Assembly: GCA_963760795.1 (NCBI GenBank)
Contig: CAVXEP010000012.1
Location: 160,001 to 224,000 of the forward strand
Origin: an uncultured delta proteobacterium
Lineage (GTDB): Bacteria; Desulfobacterota; Binatia; UBA9968
Length of the DNA: 64,000 nt
Reading direction: 5' to 3'
The position numbers and the translations under genes are program-made. Shown here one piece after another: positions 41,952 through 52,705 of this stretch (position 1 is its first letter; each line of letters begins with the position of its first letter). A model generated the notes under the pieces. It made no database searches, was not told the DNA's origin, and saw only the letters and a program-made list of their open reading frames with translations.

Positions 41952-41989
41952 ATCGGGCACGGCCTGATTTTCGCTGCGAATTCCCTTAG
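41952..41989. promoter_or_regulatory. Bipartite operator motif, copy 5
   Basis: ATCGGGC-acg-GCCTGAT-N8-CGAATTCCCTTAG. Confidence 0.65.
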
Positions 41990-42018
41990 TGTATGAATGG
42001 ATCGGTGCGCGACCGGTG

Positions 42019-42663
42019 TCACAGTGTCGTGATGCCGGCTCGCACTGCGTACTTGGTAAGCCCGGCAACGCTATGAAGATTTAATTTGTCCATGATTTGT
42101 TTGCGGTGAGTCTCGATCGTCTTGATGCTGACATACAAGGTTGTGGCGATCTCTTTGGTCGACCTGCCCTCGGCGACCAACTGCAACACTTCTCGCTCCC
42201 GGGTCGAGATCTTGTTTTGCTGTCTCTCCTGATTCGACGCCGGCCGACCCAGAGACCTTCTGACCACTAGATCGGCGATTACGGGTGAAAGATAGGTTTG
42301 CCCATTCAACACGGCCCGAACACTGCTGAGCAATTCATCGAAAGTGGCCTTCTTGAGCAGATAACCGTTGGCGCCGGCTGCCAGGGCATCGAAAAGAAAA
42401 TGTCCATCGAGGTGACTCGACAGAATAATGACCTTGGTCTCAGACGAAACCTGGCGAATCTGCCGCGTGACTTCAATACCATTCAAGCCGGGAACGCCGA
42501 GATCGGTAATCACGATATGGGGTCTGAGTTTCTTGACGAGTGCCACAGCCAACCGACCGTCGCCCTCTTCTCCGACCACCTCTAAACCGGCATTCGCCAA
42601 TAGTATCTTGAGACCTTCCCTGACGAGTTTCTGATCGTCGACAAGCACAATCGTTTCAGCCAT
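42019..42663 (-). CDS. NarL/LuxR response regulator
   Basis: LVDDQ, VITDLGVP, ISTREREVL, TIETHRKQIMDKL. Confidence 0.95.
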   Translation of the reverse strand: MAETIVLVDDQKLVREGLKILLANAGLEVVGEEGDGRLAVALVKKLRPHIVITDLGVPGLNGIEVTRQIRQVSSETKVIILSSHLDGHFLFDALAAGANGYLLKKATFDELLSSVRAVLNGQTYLSPVIADLVVRRSLGRPASNQERQQNKISTREREVLQLVAEGRSTKEIATTLYVSIKTIETHRKQIMDKLNLHSVAGLTKYAVRAGITTL

Positions 42664-43024
42664 AAACGGATCCTCATTTCGCGGTGATCGGGTGACCCGG
42701 CCAAAAAGCCGAAGATCAAGCATTCACCCTAGGTACTTTAGGTAGTCTACAGGAGTAATAGGAGCAATGGAGATGCCAAGACTGCCTTTGCCACAGGCAA
42801 TATTGGCATAGCCCAAATTCGGGACACGGGAATGCACCACAAGTAGTCAGAGAAACTACTAGGGATAATCCTTACTTGAGGGTTTCAATCTGACCTGCGG
42901 AAAAAGTAGCGGAGAGTAATCATGAAGATCTGGTTACAAGAGACTTAGTAAGGAATAGCAAGGAAGAGCGATAAATTTATCATGATGAATTCCACTATCC
43001 ACGACATTTAATGGAAAATATCTA

Positions 43025-46000
43025 TTAAATATCACGGATTTTAAAAATTGAGCCCTTAGTCTTTGCATTCAGAACATTCGGCGAAGCCGCAGCCGAACGG
43101 TTGCGTGCTCTTTTGATCGGTATGCCGAGCTTTTTCATGCGGGATCGTAGCGTGTTGGGTTGAAGGGCGAGTATCGTGGCGGCACCGTTCGGACCTTCAA
43201 CTTTCCATTGGGTGTCAGACAATACGCGCAGGATATGCTCACGCTCCAACTCTTCCAAGGTTGCTGCAGTTCGGCCTTGGTCTTGGCTCTCTCTGGGTTG
43301 CTGGGAACGAGCATATGAAGCCGGAATTACCTGGGTCAAAGGATATTGCCACTCTTCGGGCAGTTGCAGCCTGCTGGCCTGCGAAACCACGGCGGCCCGT
43401 TCGATGACGTTTTGCAGCTCCCGGACGTTGCCCGGCCAGTCATAGCTTTCCAAGGCCATGATCACGCCCGGCGGCATGCGATCAAATCGCTTTCCCAGTT
43501 TGACCGTGGACTCACGCAAAAAAGCCGTTGCCAGATCGACAATGTCAGTTTTGCGATCTCGCAAGGGCGGCATCGAAATCGGATAAACGTTTAATCTATA
43601 ATACAGATCGGCGCGGAACGAGCCGATCTGAATCGCCTCCAATAAGTTACGATTAGTTGCCGCAATCACACGTGCGTTTACCTTGATGGTTTTTCCACTG
43701 CCCAGCCGTTCGAACTCTCCCTCTTGCAAAACACGCAAGAGCTTGGCCTGAAGGTTTAGCGGCAGGTCGCCAATCTCATCTAAAAAGATCGTTCCACCGT
43801 CCGCTAGTTCGAATCTGCCGATCTGCTGCGCCGTTGCTCCCGTGAAGGCCCCTCTCTCATGCCCGAATAACTCGCTTTCGATCAGCTCTGCCGGCAAAGC
43901 TGAGCAGTTTACCTTGACCAGCGGGCGATCTCCTCGGGCGCTTTTCGCATGCACCGCCCGGGCAACAAGCTCCTTCCCTGTGCCGGTCTCGCCGAGAATC
44001 AACACGGCTACATCGGTCGGCGCCACCTGGTCGATTAAATGAAGCACTTTCTGAATATTTTCACTTTGGCCTATAAGCTCGCCATGACGGTGTGTTTTCG
44101 ACACCTCAGTCCTGAGGTACACGTTTTCCGCCTCGACCCGTTCCCTGAGGGTCTGCAGCTCCTGCCAAAGTGAACTGGAGCGCTTCTTCAGACTGCTTGT
44201 GCTCGGAAATATCCGTAGACATTCCTACGATGCGACTCGGGCGCCCGCCGCTGTCCGGCAGCACCTGCCCCCGGCTCGCAATCCAACGGAATGTGCCGTC
44301 AGAACGCACAATGCGGAACTCGGCATCGTAAGTTGAGAGCTTCTCGATGGCCTGGGTCACCCGCTTCTTTAGCCCTTCGACGTCATCCGGATGAACCAGC
44401 TTATAAAAGCCTTCACGGTGTTGGGGTATTGCCTCGATTATGCGATTAAAACTTTCCGATCGATATACCGTGCCGCTGCTCAGCTCTACTTCCCAGCAAC
44501 CTATGCGAGCGGCATCCATCGCGAGCTTAAGCCTGAGCTCATTCTCCCGCAACGCTTCCTCCGCTCGCTTACGCTCGCTGATGTCTTTGATGTAGCTCAG
44601 GCAGTGGACCGGTGTGCCGTTGCCGTCGGCGACAATTGAAACGTTGATATCAACCCACACGATGCTGCCGTCTTTGCGAATGTAGCGCTTCTCCAAATCG
44701 CACGACTTTATTTCACGGCTCATTAGGCGCGCCCGTTGACGCATGTTCTTCTCAATATCTTCCGGATGCGTGACATCCCGAAAGGAGTGTCCGAGTAACT
44801 CTGCTTCTGTATAACCGAGCAGTTGACACAAGGATGGCGGCACTTGAAGCCAGCGGCCATCTAGATCCGAATGTGTCATCATGACCAACGAAAACGTCCG
44901 GGTTTGCGCCAGCTGTTCTTCACTCTCGCGCAAGGCTTGTTCCGCCTTGGTGCGGTTAATGAATTGTCCGATCTGGCTGCCGACATTGGCCATCATCTCC
45001 AGCAATTCTCGATCAGGTTCGCGCACCTCATGGCCAAAAAATACCAGGACTCCCAGCACTTCGTCGCCGAGAAGAATCGGCAAGCCGAAGGCGCAGCGCA
45101 GACCGGTTTTTAATGCAAGCGTTCGCGGCAAGTCATCGTTTTCGAGGTCGCGTATCCAGAGCGGCCGGCGGCTCGTCCAAACACGGCCCGGAAGTCCCTC
45201 GCCTAGTGAAAACGTCCATCGGCAACTCGCGGAGGCGAACTCTTTGAGTTCGAGCGCGGGAAACTGCCAGCCGCTTACGTATACCATGACATCCGGTTCA
45301 CGCTGCACCTGCCAGAACTCGCCCACTTTCCAATCCAGACACTCACACACGGCTTGCAAAATTCTCGGACAGGCCTCGGCAATGGAGGATGACTCAGAAA
45401 GTATTCGGGTTACGGCATTCTGACCACGCAGATGCGCCTCAGTCCGCTTGCGCTCTGTAATATCGAGCGCGGATCCGATGTAGCCCAGGAACGTTCCGTC
45501 GCCGGCAAATCGCGGCGCCCCCTGGTCGAAAATCCAGCGGTACTCGCCGTCGTGTCGCCGCAATCGGTACTCCATCGAAAATTTTTCACGCTTGTCAAAA
45601 CAATCGACATAAATGGCCAAACAACCAGCGCAATCTTCCCGATGAACGCCTTCGGACCATCCATTACCCAGCTCTTGCTCGAGGGTTCGTCCGGTGAAAT
45701 CGAGCCAACCCTTGCTAAAAAATGTGCATAGCTTGTCCGTGCCGGATACCCAGATCATGATGGGAGCCGTGTCGGCGATATTGCGAAACCGATTTTCCGT
45801 CTCGTCCAAAAGCTGCACCCTATCCCTGCGCTCTTCGATAAGAGACGCCAGGAGCAACAGCGGAAGATAGACAACGATTAAGAAAATCTTCAGCCAAAAA
45901 ACATTATCTGCCGGCGATTGGGTGACAAACGGACCATAGCCGCCGAGCGCACTCAATATCGCCATGAACGCAAACACTAGAAATGAAAGCGACAGGCCAG

Positions 46001-47702
46001 CCGGACCCAAGCGAACCGCCGCCCACAGCAAAAATGGCAGAGGAACATAGAGCAGCGCGGGAAAATTATCCAAGGCGCTCGACTTTAGACCAAATACTCC
46101 CACACCGCTCCCGACCAGCGCCGCGAGTATGACGATCATCTCAATAGATTGTTTGACGGAAGCTCTCTTGATGATTTCCGCTCCGCGGGTCGAAGCGAAA
46201 ACGATCCCAGGAGTCAAGATCATGAACGGAAGCAAATTGGCAATGAATGTGTGACGCCATTCCAACCAAATATTGCCGCTGCCCCGCCCGAGAGAGATAA
46301 GCATGAATGGCCAAACCCAAGCCATCAAACCCGTGGCGACGGTGACCAGGACGATGAAAATCGTAGTATGGCGCAGATTTCCGAAATCCAAGGTCTTGGT
46401 GTCAAATCGGCGCGCGGCTAAGGCGGTCGTCAATACCAGAGCGCAATCGTAAACATAATATAAGCCAAGCTCGAACTCGGAAGCGCCGAGCTGTCCCTGG
46501 GCAGCAACGCGCGCGAGTGAACCTACCAGTAAGAACAGCAACCAGTAGCGCGGCGGATAAAGCAGCAGCACAGCCAAGAGAATGGCATTGGCGGGCCAGA
46601 AGACAGAGAAATGCGAGGACGGAAACAGGAGTTCCAACCCGATCAATGCGCCAAGATAGTAACCCGCGCACAATGCCATAGCCGCTATTCCGAGACCTAG
46701 ACGGGAGAATAGCCGTTCGTCCTTGACGGCGGGGTTCAATGACTTGGCCCCAACGACGACGTCCGTTTTGTGCTTCTGCGCTTCGAAAAATGCAGATAAA
46801 AACATCACAGGCAGGAAGGTCGCGATGAGAAACAGTTGAAGTGATAGGACGTTCCTTGCGGGAGATTGGCTGATGAACGGACCGTTACCCTGAAATGCAC
46901 CCCAAATGGATACTATCACAACGATCAAATACGCTGTGATTGCTCCAACTTGACCAAATCTCGCTGCCGCCCAAAGGAGAAACGCGACCAGCAGATAAAG
47001 AAACGCCGTCATCGCTCCCGGGCCGACCGTCTCCCAATAGAATACCGTCAAACTAGTCGTCAACAAACCTAATCCCAGTAGAGAAGCCTCGGCACAGCGC
47101 CACCATGACAACTTGCGTCGCAAGTCAATGCCGTTATCGAGCCACAAAATAATCAGAGGTGGAATCGTCAGGGCGGCCAGAACGTTCGACGGAAAGCGCG
47201 TACGCCAGGTTTGCCAATAGCTATTTCCTTTCCAGCCAACCAGCGAAACAAATGACGCATCGATAAAAGTGCCGAGAAGAGTAGCGAGAATCGTTACACC
47301 CACGTAGATAGCGAGGTACTTTAAGCTGGCAAAATCGGCGCGACGTTTGACGAAACCGCGCACACACACGGCTCCGATCAAAGCTTCCGCCGAGTTGCTG
47401 ACGAACCACAAGAGACTCATCAATATCGGCACACCGCTATGCAACTGGACGATTAAATGAATCGGGAGGACGCCGAGCAATATGACCCACCACCCGTGCG
47501 TCGGCACAAGCAGCAATCCGGTAAGGAGAATCGCGTTCGGCGGCCAGAGAACGGAGACTGCGCTTTGGGGAAACGTAAGGGCGAACCCTATCAGCGAGCC
47601 GATGTAGTAAGCCCCAGCAACGATCAGAGCGACGCTGACCAGGCGGATCGAAGAATCGCCATTACCGCTCGATTCGCCCGGCGTGAAAAACGGTTCATGC
47701 AT
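43025..47702 (-). pseudogene. MASE1-MASE1-PAS-GAF-PAS-PAS-AAA+-HTH sigma54 activator split by a +1 frameshift at about 44161
   Basis: Two WPPNA/WPANA MASE1 starts; removing one G gives ...[24 protein letters not shown], continuous with the GAFTGA ORF. Confidence 0.9.
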
Positions 47703-48095
47703 CCTTGTGGCCCTTCGTCGAACCGGGCCTGCCCTCCGGTTCGAAAGCGATCCGTCGAAGAGAGACTTCTTCGCGCTACGATAGAATTTACTTTGCTCTT
47801 AATACACTACAAGTTACTGTACAACAACAACAAATAGTGCCAACGAATCATCTACTCGCCAAACGGAAAACGCAAAATCGCCATCCTCACTCTTATTCAC
47901 GAGGGGAGTATGGCGGTTGGCCTTACGGTTTCGACAATCGATTGTTGGGCAACTCTGGGAATAGCCGCCGTGATTCGCAGATCAGGGACAGAGTCGGTCA
48001 AGATTGCATCGGCGAGAAATGGACGGAGCGAAAAAACTGCATCATAAGAAACTGCCTGAATGGCTATGCAAAATCGCGGCTGCGGTATAAGACCG

Positions 48096-48503
48096 CTAAT
48101 CAGTACCTGACAGCCAGCCGATAGCGTCTCTCGTGTCGTAAAAAAAGGCAAATCTGAGGTTTCGTTTAATCAGACTTTCAGCCAGCATAACCAGCTGCTG
48201 ATAGGGCCCTGTCGCTGGGGAGAAAACCAACGCGACTCTGTTGTTATGAGGCCAAGCCTGGGGATCAATTGTCTCTACGAACTTAGTGACCTCTGACGGC
48301 AGAGATCTAAAGGTAGAGTCTTGTAGATCGATAAGGATCTTGCATTCGAGAAGCAGTTTGGCTTCTTCGACCAGCCTATCGAAAATATAGCTAAATCCTT
48401 CGATATCCACGGGACCACGCGTAATTGCAATAATATGGTGACCCCATTCGAGGTCCCGAAGCGTTTTGATCTGAACATTGATCATAATATCGTCTTTCAC
48501 CAT
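48096..48503 (-). CDS. Hypothetical protein (SpoIIAA/STAS-like)
   Basis: KILIDL, RVALV, F.....DAIGWL pattern; start uncertain. Confidence 0.6.
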   Translation of the reverse strand: MVKDDIMINVQIKTLRDLEWGHHIIAITRGPVDIEGFSYIFDRLVEEAKLLLECKILIDLQDSTFRSLPSEVTKFVETIDPQAWPHNNRVALVFSPATGPYQQLVMLAESLIKRNLRFAFFYDTRDAIGWLSGTD

Positions 48504-48655
48504 TAACCCAAGTTTTGGCGCCAGTAGCCGTCGGTTCTCAGGCGAAGACGCGTTGAGGCAAAGCGACAAAGACCACCCACCGATCCACCGCAATCAAGCA
48601 TCCCGCGGCGGCGACGAAACTTACGCGCGCCAAATCTTTGAGATCGGCTTCATGA

Positions 48656-48889
48656 TTAGTGCCGCGTGTGAGCGTGCCCGCGTTTGGGACGAACCGGCGG
48701 TCCAACTAACGGCTGACTCTTCAGCCACTCAATTAGCTCGGATTCCAGTGCTCCCGGTGTGGCGAACGGACTCACTCGTCGAAGCGGTAAACCATGGTTT
48801 TTCGCCAATCGTTTTATTGAATCCTCACTCAGTCCAAATAGCTTTGCGATCTCGGGCAGCTGCAACCATTGATGTGTACAACTCATCAT
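48656..48889 (-). CDS. Small helix-turn-helix protein (excisionase/AlpA-like)
   Basis: WLQLPEIAKLFGLSEDSIKRL ... GLP ... ESELIEWL. Confidence 0.7.
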   Translation of the reverse strand: MMSCTHQWLQLPEIAKLFGLSEDSIKRLAKNHGLPLRRVSPFATPGALESELIEWLKSQPLVGPPVRPKRGHAHTRH

Positions 48890-49305
48890 TCCGTGTGTTT
48901 AACTAACGGCGAGTATACGCCGGGTTTTTTCCTTCCTTTGGATGTGACCCGGATTGGTCCCGAAGTGGACGTGACAGGGTACGGGCGTGGCCCCGGATAT
49001 TTTGCTTTGCAAGACACAGAAACGCCGGTCCAACCGGCAAGATTTTCACATATAAGGCGTTCCACCATTGGTGTCTTGACAATTAGCGACAACGAGTTGA
49101 CAGCTTTGCCATACTGAGAGTAGTAAGTCGCAATGCAGATCGACCTGTCGACTAAGCATAGACAGCCAGCAAATCGATAATGGACAATCAAGAGACGTCG
49201 CCCAATTTCGTGCCAAGCACAGTGTTTGCGATAGAAAGATTACGGCAGCTACGGGTATCTGTTTTGACACCTGGCGACATCGGATGACGATTTGGGTGAC
49301 AGGCA

Positions 49306-50346
49306 ATGGGCGCTGAAGAACCGAACAGAGTCAGAAGATTGACTCCGATGATCTCGATTGCGGCTACCACGGGCTTGCTTGAGACTATAGGAGCGGCAGG
49401 TGTTGATCCGGATCACCTATTGCGCTCGGTCGGGCTAGATTCAGCGATTTTTCGCCACGCCGATGGCTTTATCCAGAGTTCGCAATTTGCTCGACTTCTG
49501 GAGGAATGCGCTTACGCGACGGCCGATGACTGCTTTGGGCTTCATCTCGGCGAGCGATTCAATCCAAAAAACATCGGACCTCTCATCTACGTCGTTCTCA
49601 ATTCACCCACCATCGCCGCTGGCCTCGAAAATGCCGCACGATACATGAAGATCCTCAATGAGGCGGCTAGAGTCTCGCTTAGGGTGGACGGCGATCACGC
49701 CTATCTTGAACACGCGCTCGCCGACATGGGAATACCTTCGACGCGGCAAAATGAGGAATACGGCATGACAGTTTCCCTCAATGCGATCCGATTGATAGCC
49801 GGTAGCGACTGGAGCCCGCAGGAGGTTCGCTTCGCGCACGGGCTGCCGAATCAAACTTCAGAACACCTACGAATCTTCCGCGCGCCGGCTGTGTTCGGAT
49901 GTGAAACGAATGCGCTGGTTACCCCGCGTGAGTTTGTTGATCGGCAGGTGCCCGCCGCGGATCAACGGCTTTATCGAATCTTAAAACGATATATCGAGCA
50001 CGTACTGTCCGAGATGCCCCGCGAAGACAGTTTCCTCGCATCAATTCGAAAAGCCATCGCCGAGGAGCTGAGAGATCGAGATCCGCAACTAGCGCGAGTG
50101 GCGGCCAGATTAGCTCTCGGCACGCGCACCTTACAAAGACGATTGGTGGAATACGGAGTCGAATTTAAGAAGATAGCCGACGACACGCGCCGCAGAGTTG
50201 CCTTGAAATATCTCACGGATCGCCAACACACGCTTACCGAAGTTGCATTTCTGCTCGGCTACTCCGATGTCAGCGCGTTCAACCGGGCTTTTCGGCGCTG
50301 GACTAACTCAACCCCCACCGCCTACCGACGCAAAAACGCCGGCTGA
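49306..50346 (+). CDS. AraC family transcriptional regulator (OruR/VqsM type)
   Basis: FGLHLG, RTLQRRL, VAFLLGYSDVSAFNRAFRRW. Confidence 0.95.
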   Translation: MGAEEPNRVRRLTPMISIAATTGLLETIGAAGVDPDHLLRSVGLDSAIFRHADGFIQSSQFARLLEECAYATADDCFGLHLGERFNPKNIGPLIYVVLNSPTIAAGLENAARYMKILNEAARVSLRVDGDHAYLEHALADMGIPSTRQNEEYGMTVSLNAIRLIAGSDWSPQEVRFAHGLPNQTSEHLRIFRAPAVFGCETNALVTPREFVDRQVPAADQRLYRILKRYIEHVLSEMPREDSFLASIRKAIAEELRDRDPQLARVAARLALGTRTLQRRLVEYGVEFKKIADDTRRRVALKYLTDRQHTLTEVAFLLGYSDVSAFNRAFRRWTNSTPTAYRRKNAG

Positions 50347-50682
50347 GAAGCGGAGCGTTCAGCCTGTTAGCCGCACGCCAACCGCTGTGGTGAAAAAGTT
50401 TCCCGGTTCTGAGCCGGCGATCTGTATTCGAGCAGCGGCGCTCTTACAACGGCAGGGCGCGAGCCCACTTGATCCCTGACAATATCGGTGGCAAGAGACG
50501 CACGCCTGCGGTAAAAAAATCCCTCTGGAGAAGCAGTCGGATACGGGCGCGACGGTGCGAGCGATGCAGACGCGATTAAGAGAGAGAAAATTCGGCGCCA
50601 AGCAAGAACTTTATGTGAGAGCTATTGAATGATGTCCAGGTCGGGGATGAGAAAATTTAATTGCCTCACAAGCTGTTCACGC

Positions 50683-50732
50683 CAAGAACGTCTCCTTCCG
50701 AGGGCAAAACCTCTCGGAAAGGAGAGTTCTTG
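50683..50732. repeat. Long intergenic hairpin
   Basis: CAAGAACGTCTCCTTCCGAGGG / CCTCTCGGAAAGGAGAGTTCTTG. Confidence 0.7.
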
Positions 50733-50744
50733 ACACATGCATGT

Positions 50745-50782
50745 GCTGATGGGAATCGAACTTTCACCATAACATATTGATA
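50745..50782 (-). other. tRNA 3'-end-like att remnant with IHF site
   Basis: Minus strand reads GTTCGATTCCCATCAGC; adjacent TATCAATATGTTA matches WATCAANNNNTTR. Confidence 0.5.
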
Positions 50783-50841
50783 AATATAGCCAGTCCTAAA
50801 CCTCCGCCTCCAGCCAGCCCACTGCGCGCCCACCCAAGCTG

Positions 50842-50865
50842 AGGGCAGCCCAAAAGGCTGCCCTT
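50842..50865 (+). terminator. Hairpin, probable terminator
   Basis: AGGGCAGCC-caaaa-GGCTGCCCT-T. Confidence 0.55.
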
Positions 50866-51321
50866 GTCACATCTGAGTCCGACTTATCTACTCCTCACGC
50901 GTTTCTAAGACAACATCAAAGCCTACCGGCCGCATATCATGCAGCCACATTTAGGCTGTTTCGGCCTAGCTCTGTTTCAAGCCCTTTCCCCAGTGCTAAG
51001 CGCCGAGTCAGGTATCAAATATCCCTGGATAAGTCGAGCGACGCAAACATCGTCTTCGGAAGTGTGCTGAAAACCAACGTCGATGGCGAGATAGACGGCC
51101 TGTTTAACGCATTCTGAACCACGGAGACGGCGCCGACGAGATACTAGCCAAAGCGGTTCCCAACCAAGTAAGTCAACGAAAAGGGTGGGTAATTTTGGCT
51201 GGAGGAGCCTTCAAGGCAGTTGGCGAGGCAATCGCATTGATCATTTTTCGGGGGCATGAATTACACCGATGCTAATCGTCTCACCGTGCCGCAAGATAAA
51301 GTGGAAACAGTGCTGCGCGAG

Positions 51322-51582
51322 TTAGAGCGCATTCCGGTAAAACGCCATACCCCTCGATACTAGTTCATCTGGGGTTCGGTCTGTTTTTTCTATGCGTACC
51401 GAGAACGGATCCAAGTGGCGAATGAACGTCTGTAGATGTGCCACGACCTTATCCTTGTCCGGCATCTCATCCAATTCGTAGTAAATCACTCCAGAATGCG
51501 GCTGGCCAAGCACGGTAGGTATCGACTGTGAGATTCTCCACGACACTTCAACAATCATGACTTGAGCATAACTCCGCAACAC
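51322..51582 (-). CDS. Hypothetical protein
   Basis: Protein-like composition; start uncertain. Confidence 0.45.
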   Translation of the reverse strand: MLRSYAQVMIVEVSWRISQSIPTVLGQPHSGVIYYELDEMPDKDKVVAHLQTFIRHLDPFSVRIEKTDRTPDELVSRGMAFYRNAL

Positions 51583-51928
51583 TGCACGATCTAGAGAAGG
51601 CCAAATTTATTAGCCTCCGACAGTCTCATCCGAGACGTGACCAAGGGCAGACGTCGAACAGCAATGCGAGGCTGTTCCCGCGGCGTGCTAGGTAGCCAGT
51701 CGGGTGGACTGGTTCCCCGCTGATCCTCCAGAATATGGACTGGATTTTATCCTCAAGTTTTCGAAGAGTTTCTCAACGCGAGTCAGACTAGACCAAATGG
51801 TTTTCCGTGGGGATTTCGTCGCCAACCCTGCCCGGCGATAAAGCTTTGCGGATTCTCCGGGCGCACCTGTCCCTCGCTTCACTGCTATTCTAGGAGCCTG
51901 GGTCCACATTCACTGTCATGCTTGCCCG

Positions 51929-51944
51929 TGGCACACGTGCTGCA
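51929..51944 (+). promoter_or_regulatory. Sigma54 -24/-12 promoter
   Basis: TGGCACACGTGCTGCA (GG-N10-GC) about 30 bp before the 51976 gene. Confidence 0.65.
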
Positions 51945-51975
51945 CTTGCTAACGCCGTAATAACGGAGTTTTCCT

Positions 51976-52242
51976 GTGAAAGTCATCACGATTGCAGCAC
52001 TGATATTTGCGTCTTTGTTATTCCTAACGACACAGGGCCAAGCCGAAGAGCATTACATCTACAAAGATCCGCAGGGCGGGCTGGTGATCTCAAACCAAAA
52101 GCCGCCGGCCGGAAGCACCATTCTACGCAAACTTGATCTACCGGAATTCCGCGAACCTCAAATACAACAGGTTCAAGAGAGCAGCAACACGCGCCCAACA
52201 GGCAACTTGGAAAGCTCACCCAAACAGGAACAAAAGAAATAA
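51976..52242 (+). CDS. Secreted DUF4124-like protein
   Basis: Signal peptide, YIYKDPQGGLVISNQKPP. Confidence 0.8.
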   Translation: MKVITIAALIFASLLFLTTQGQAEEHYIYKDPQGGLVISNQKPPAGSTILRKLDLPEFREPQIQQVQESSNTRPTGNLESSPKQEQKK

Positions 52243-52288
52243 CCTCGTGGCTCGCCGTGAGGTCGATTCGTTCACTGAAGGAGCTTGA

Positions 52289-52435
52289 ATGAATCTTTTC
52301 TATGCCTTGGTGATCATTGGTGCCGCGATTGTTTTCGCCGGAAACAGCGCGGAAGGACATCCAAGGGAAGTTTACTATGCAATCGCGGCTGGCTTGTGGA
52401 TTCTGACATTCGTGCTTGCACAAACGCTGCTTTGA
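52289..52435 (+). CDS. 48-aa two-TM small protein (not in ORF track)
   Basis: AAGGAG RBS; MNLFYALVIIGAAIVFAG...LWILTFVLAQTLL*. Confidence 0.6.
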   Translation: MNLFYALVIIGAAIVFAGNSAEGHPREVYYAIAAGLWILTFVLAQTLL

Positions 52436-52528
52436 AGAACGCCAAGGGCTCGAAATCGAGGTTAGATTTATTAGGCAATCAATCTGAAGTTCATCGAAAG
52501 CGCCGACGATAGTGGCAGGAATTGATCC

Positions 52529-52705
52529 ATGCGCCGGCTCGTAGAAATCATCGGCGTGGTGTTCGTGGCACTGGGGATTATCTGTGTCCTTGGTGGTGCC
52601 ATGGTACCGACAGTTAAACCCAGCGCCGCTAACTTGTTGTGGACCGGCATCGTCATGATCTTGGTCGGCTGGCTGATCTGTTACCTCGCCCGCAGCAAGA
52701 CCTGA
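52529..52705 (+). CDS. 58-aa two-TM small protein (not in ORF track)
   Basis: AGGA RBS; MRRLVEIIGVVFVALGII...LLWTGIVMILVGWLICYLARSKT*. Confidence 0.6.
   Translation: MRRLVEIIGVVFVALGIICVLGGAMVPTVKPSAANLLWTGIVMILVGWLICYLARSKT

Noticed and set aside
49200-49216. Sigma54 promoter TTGGCACGAAATTGGG on the minus strand
   Set aside because: The -12 GC is replaced by GG and there is no nearby gene start.
50683-50732. c-di-GMP (GEMM) riboswitch suggested by GGGCAAAACC...GAAA
   Set aside because: It folds as a single long palindrome and lacks the second GEMM stem.
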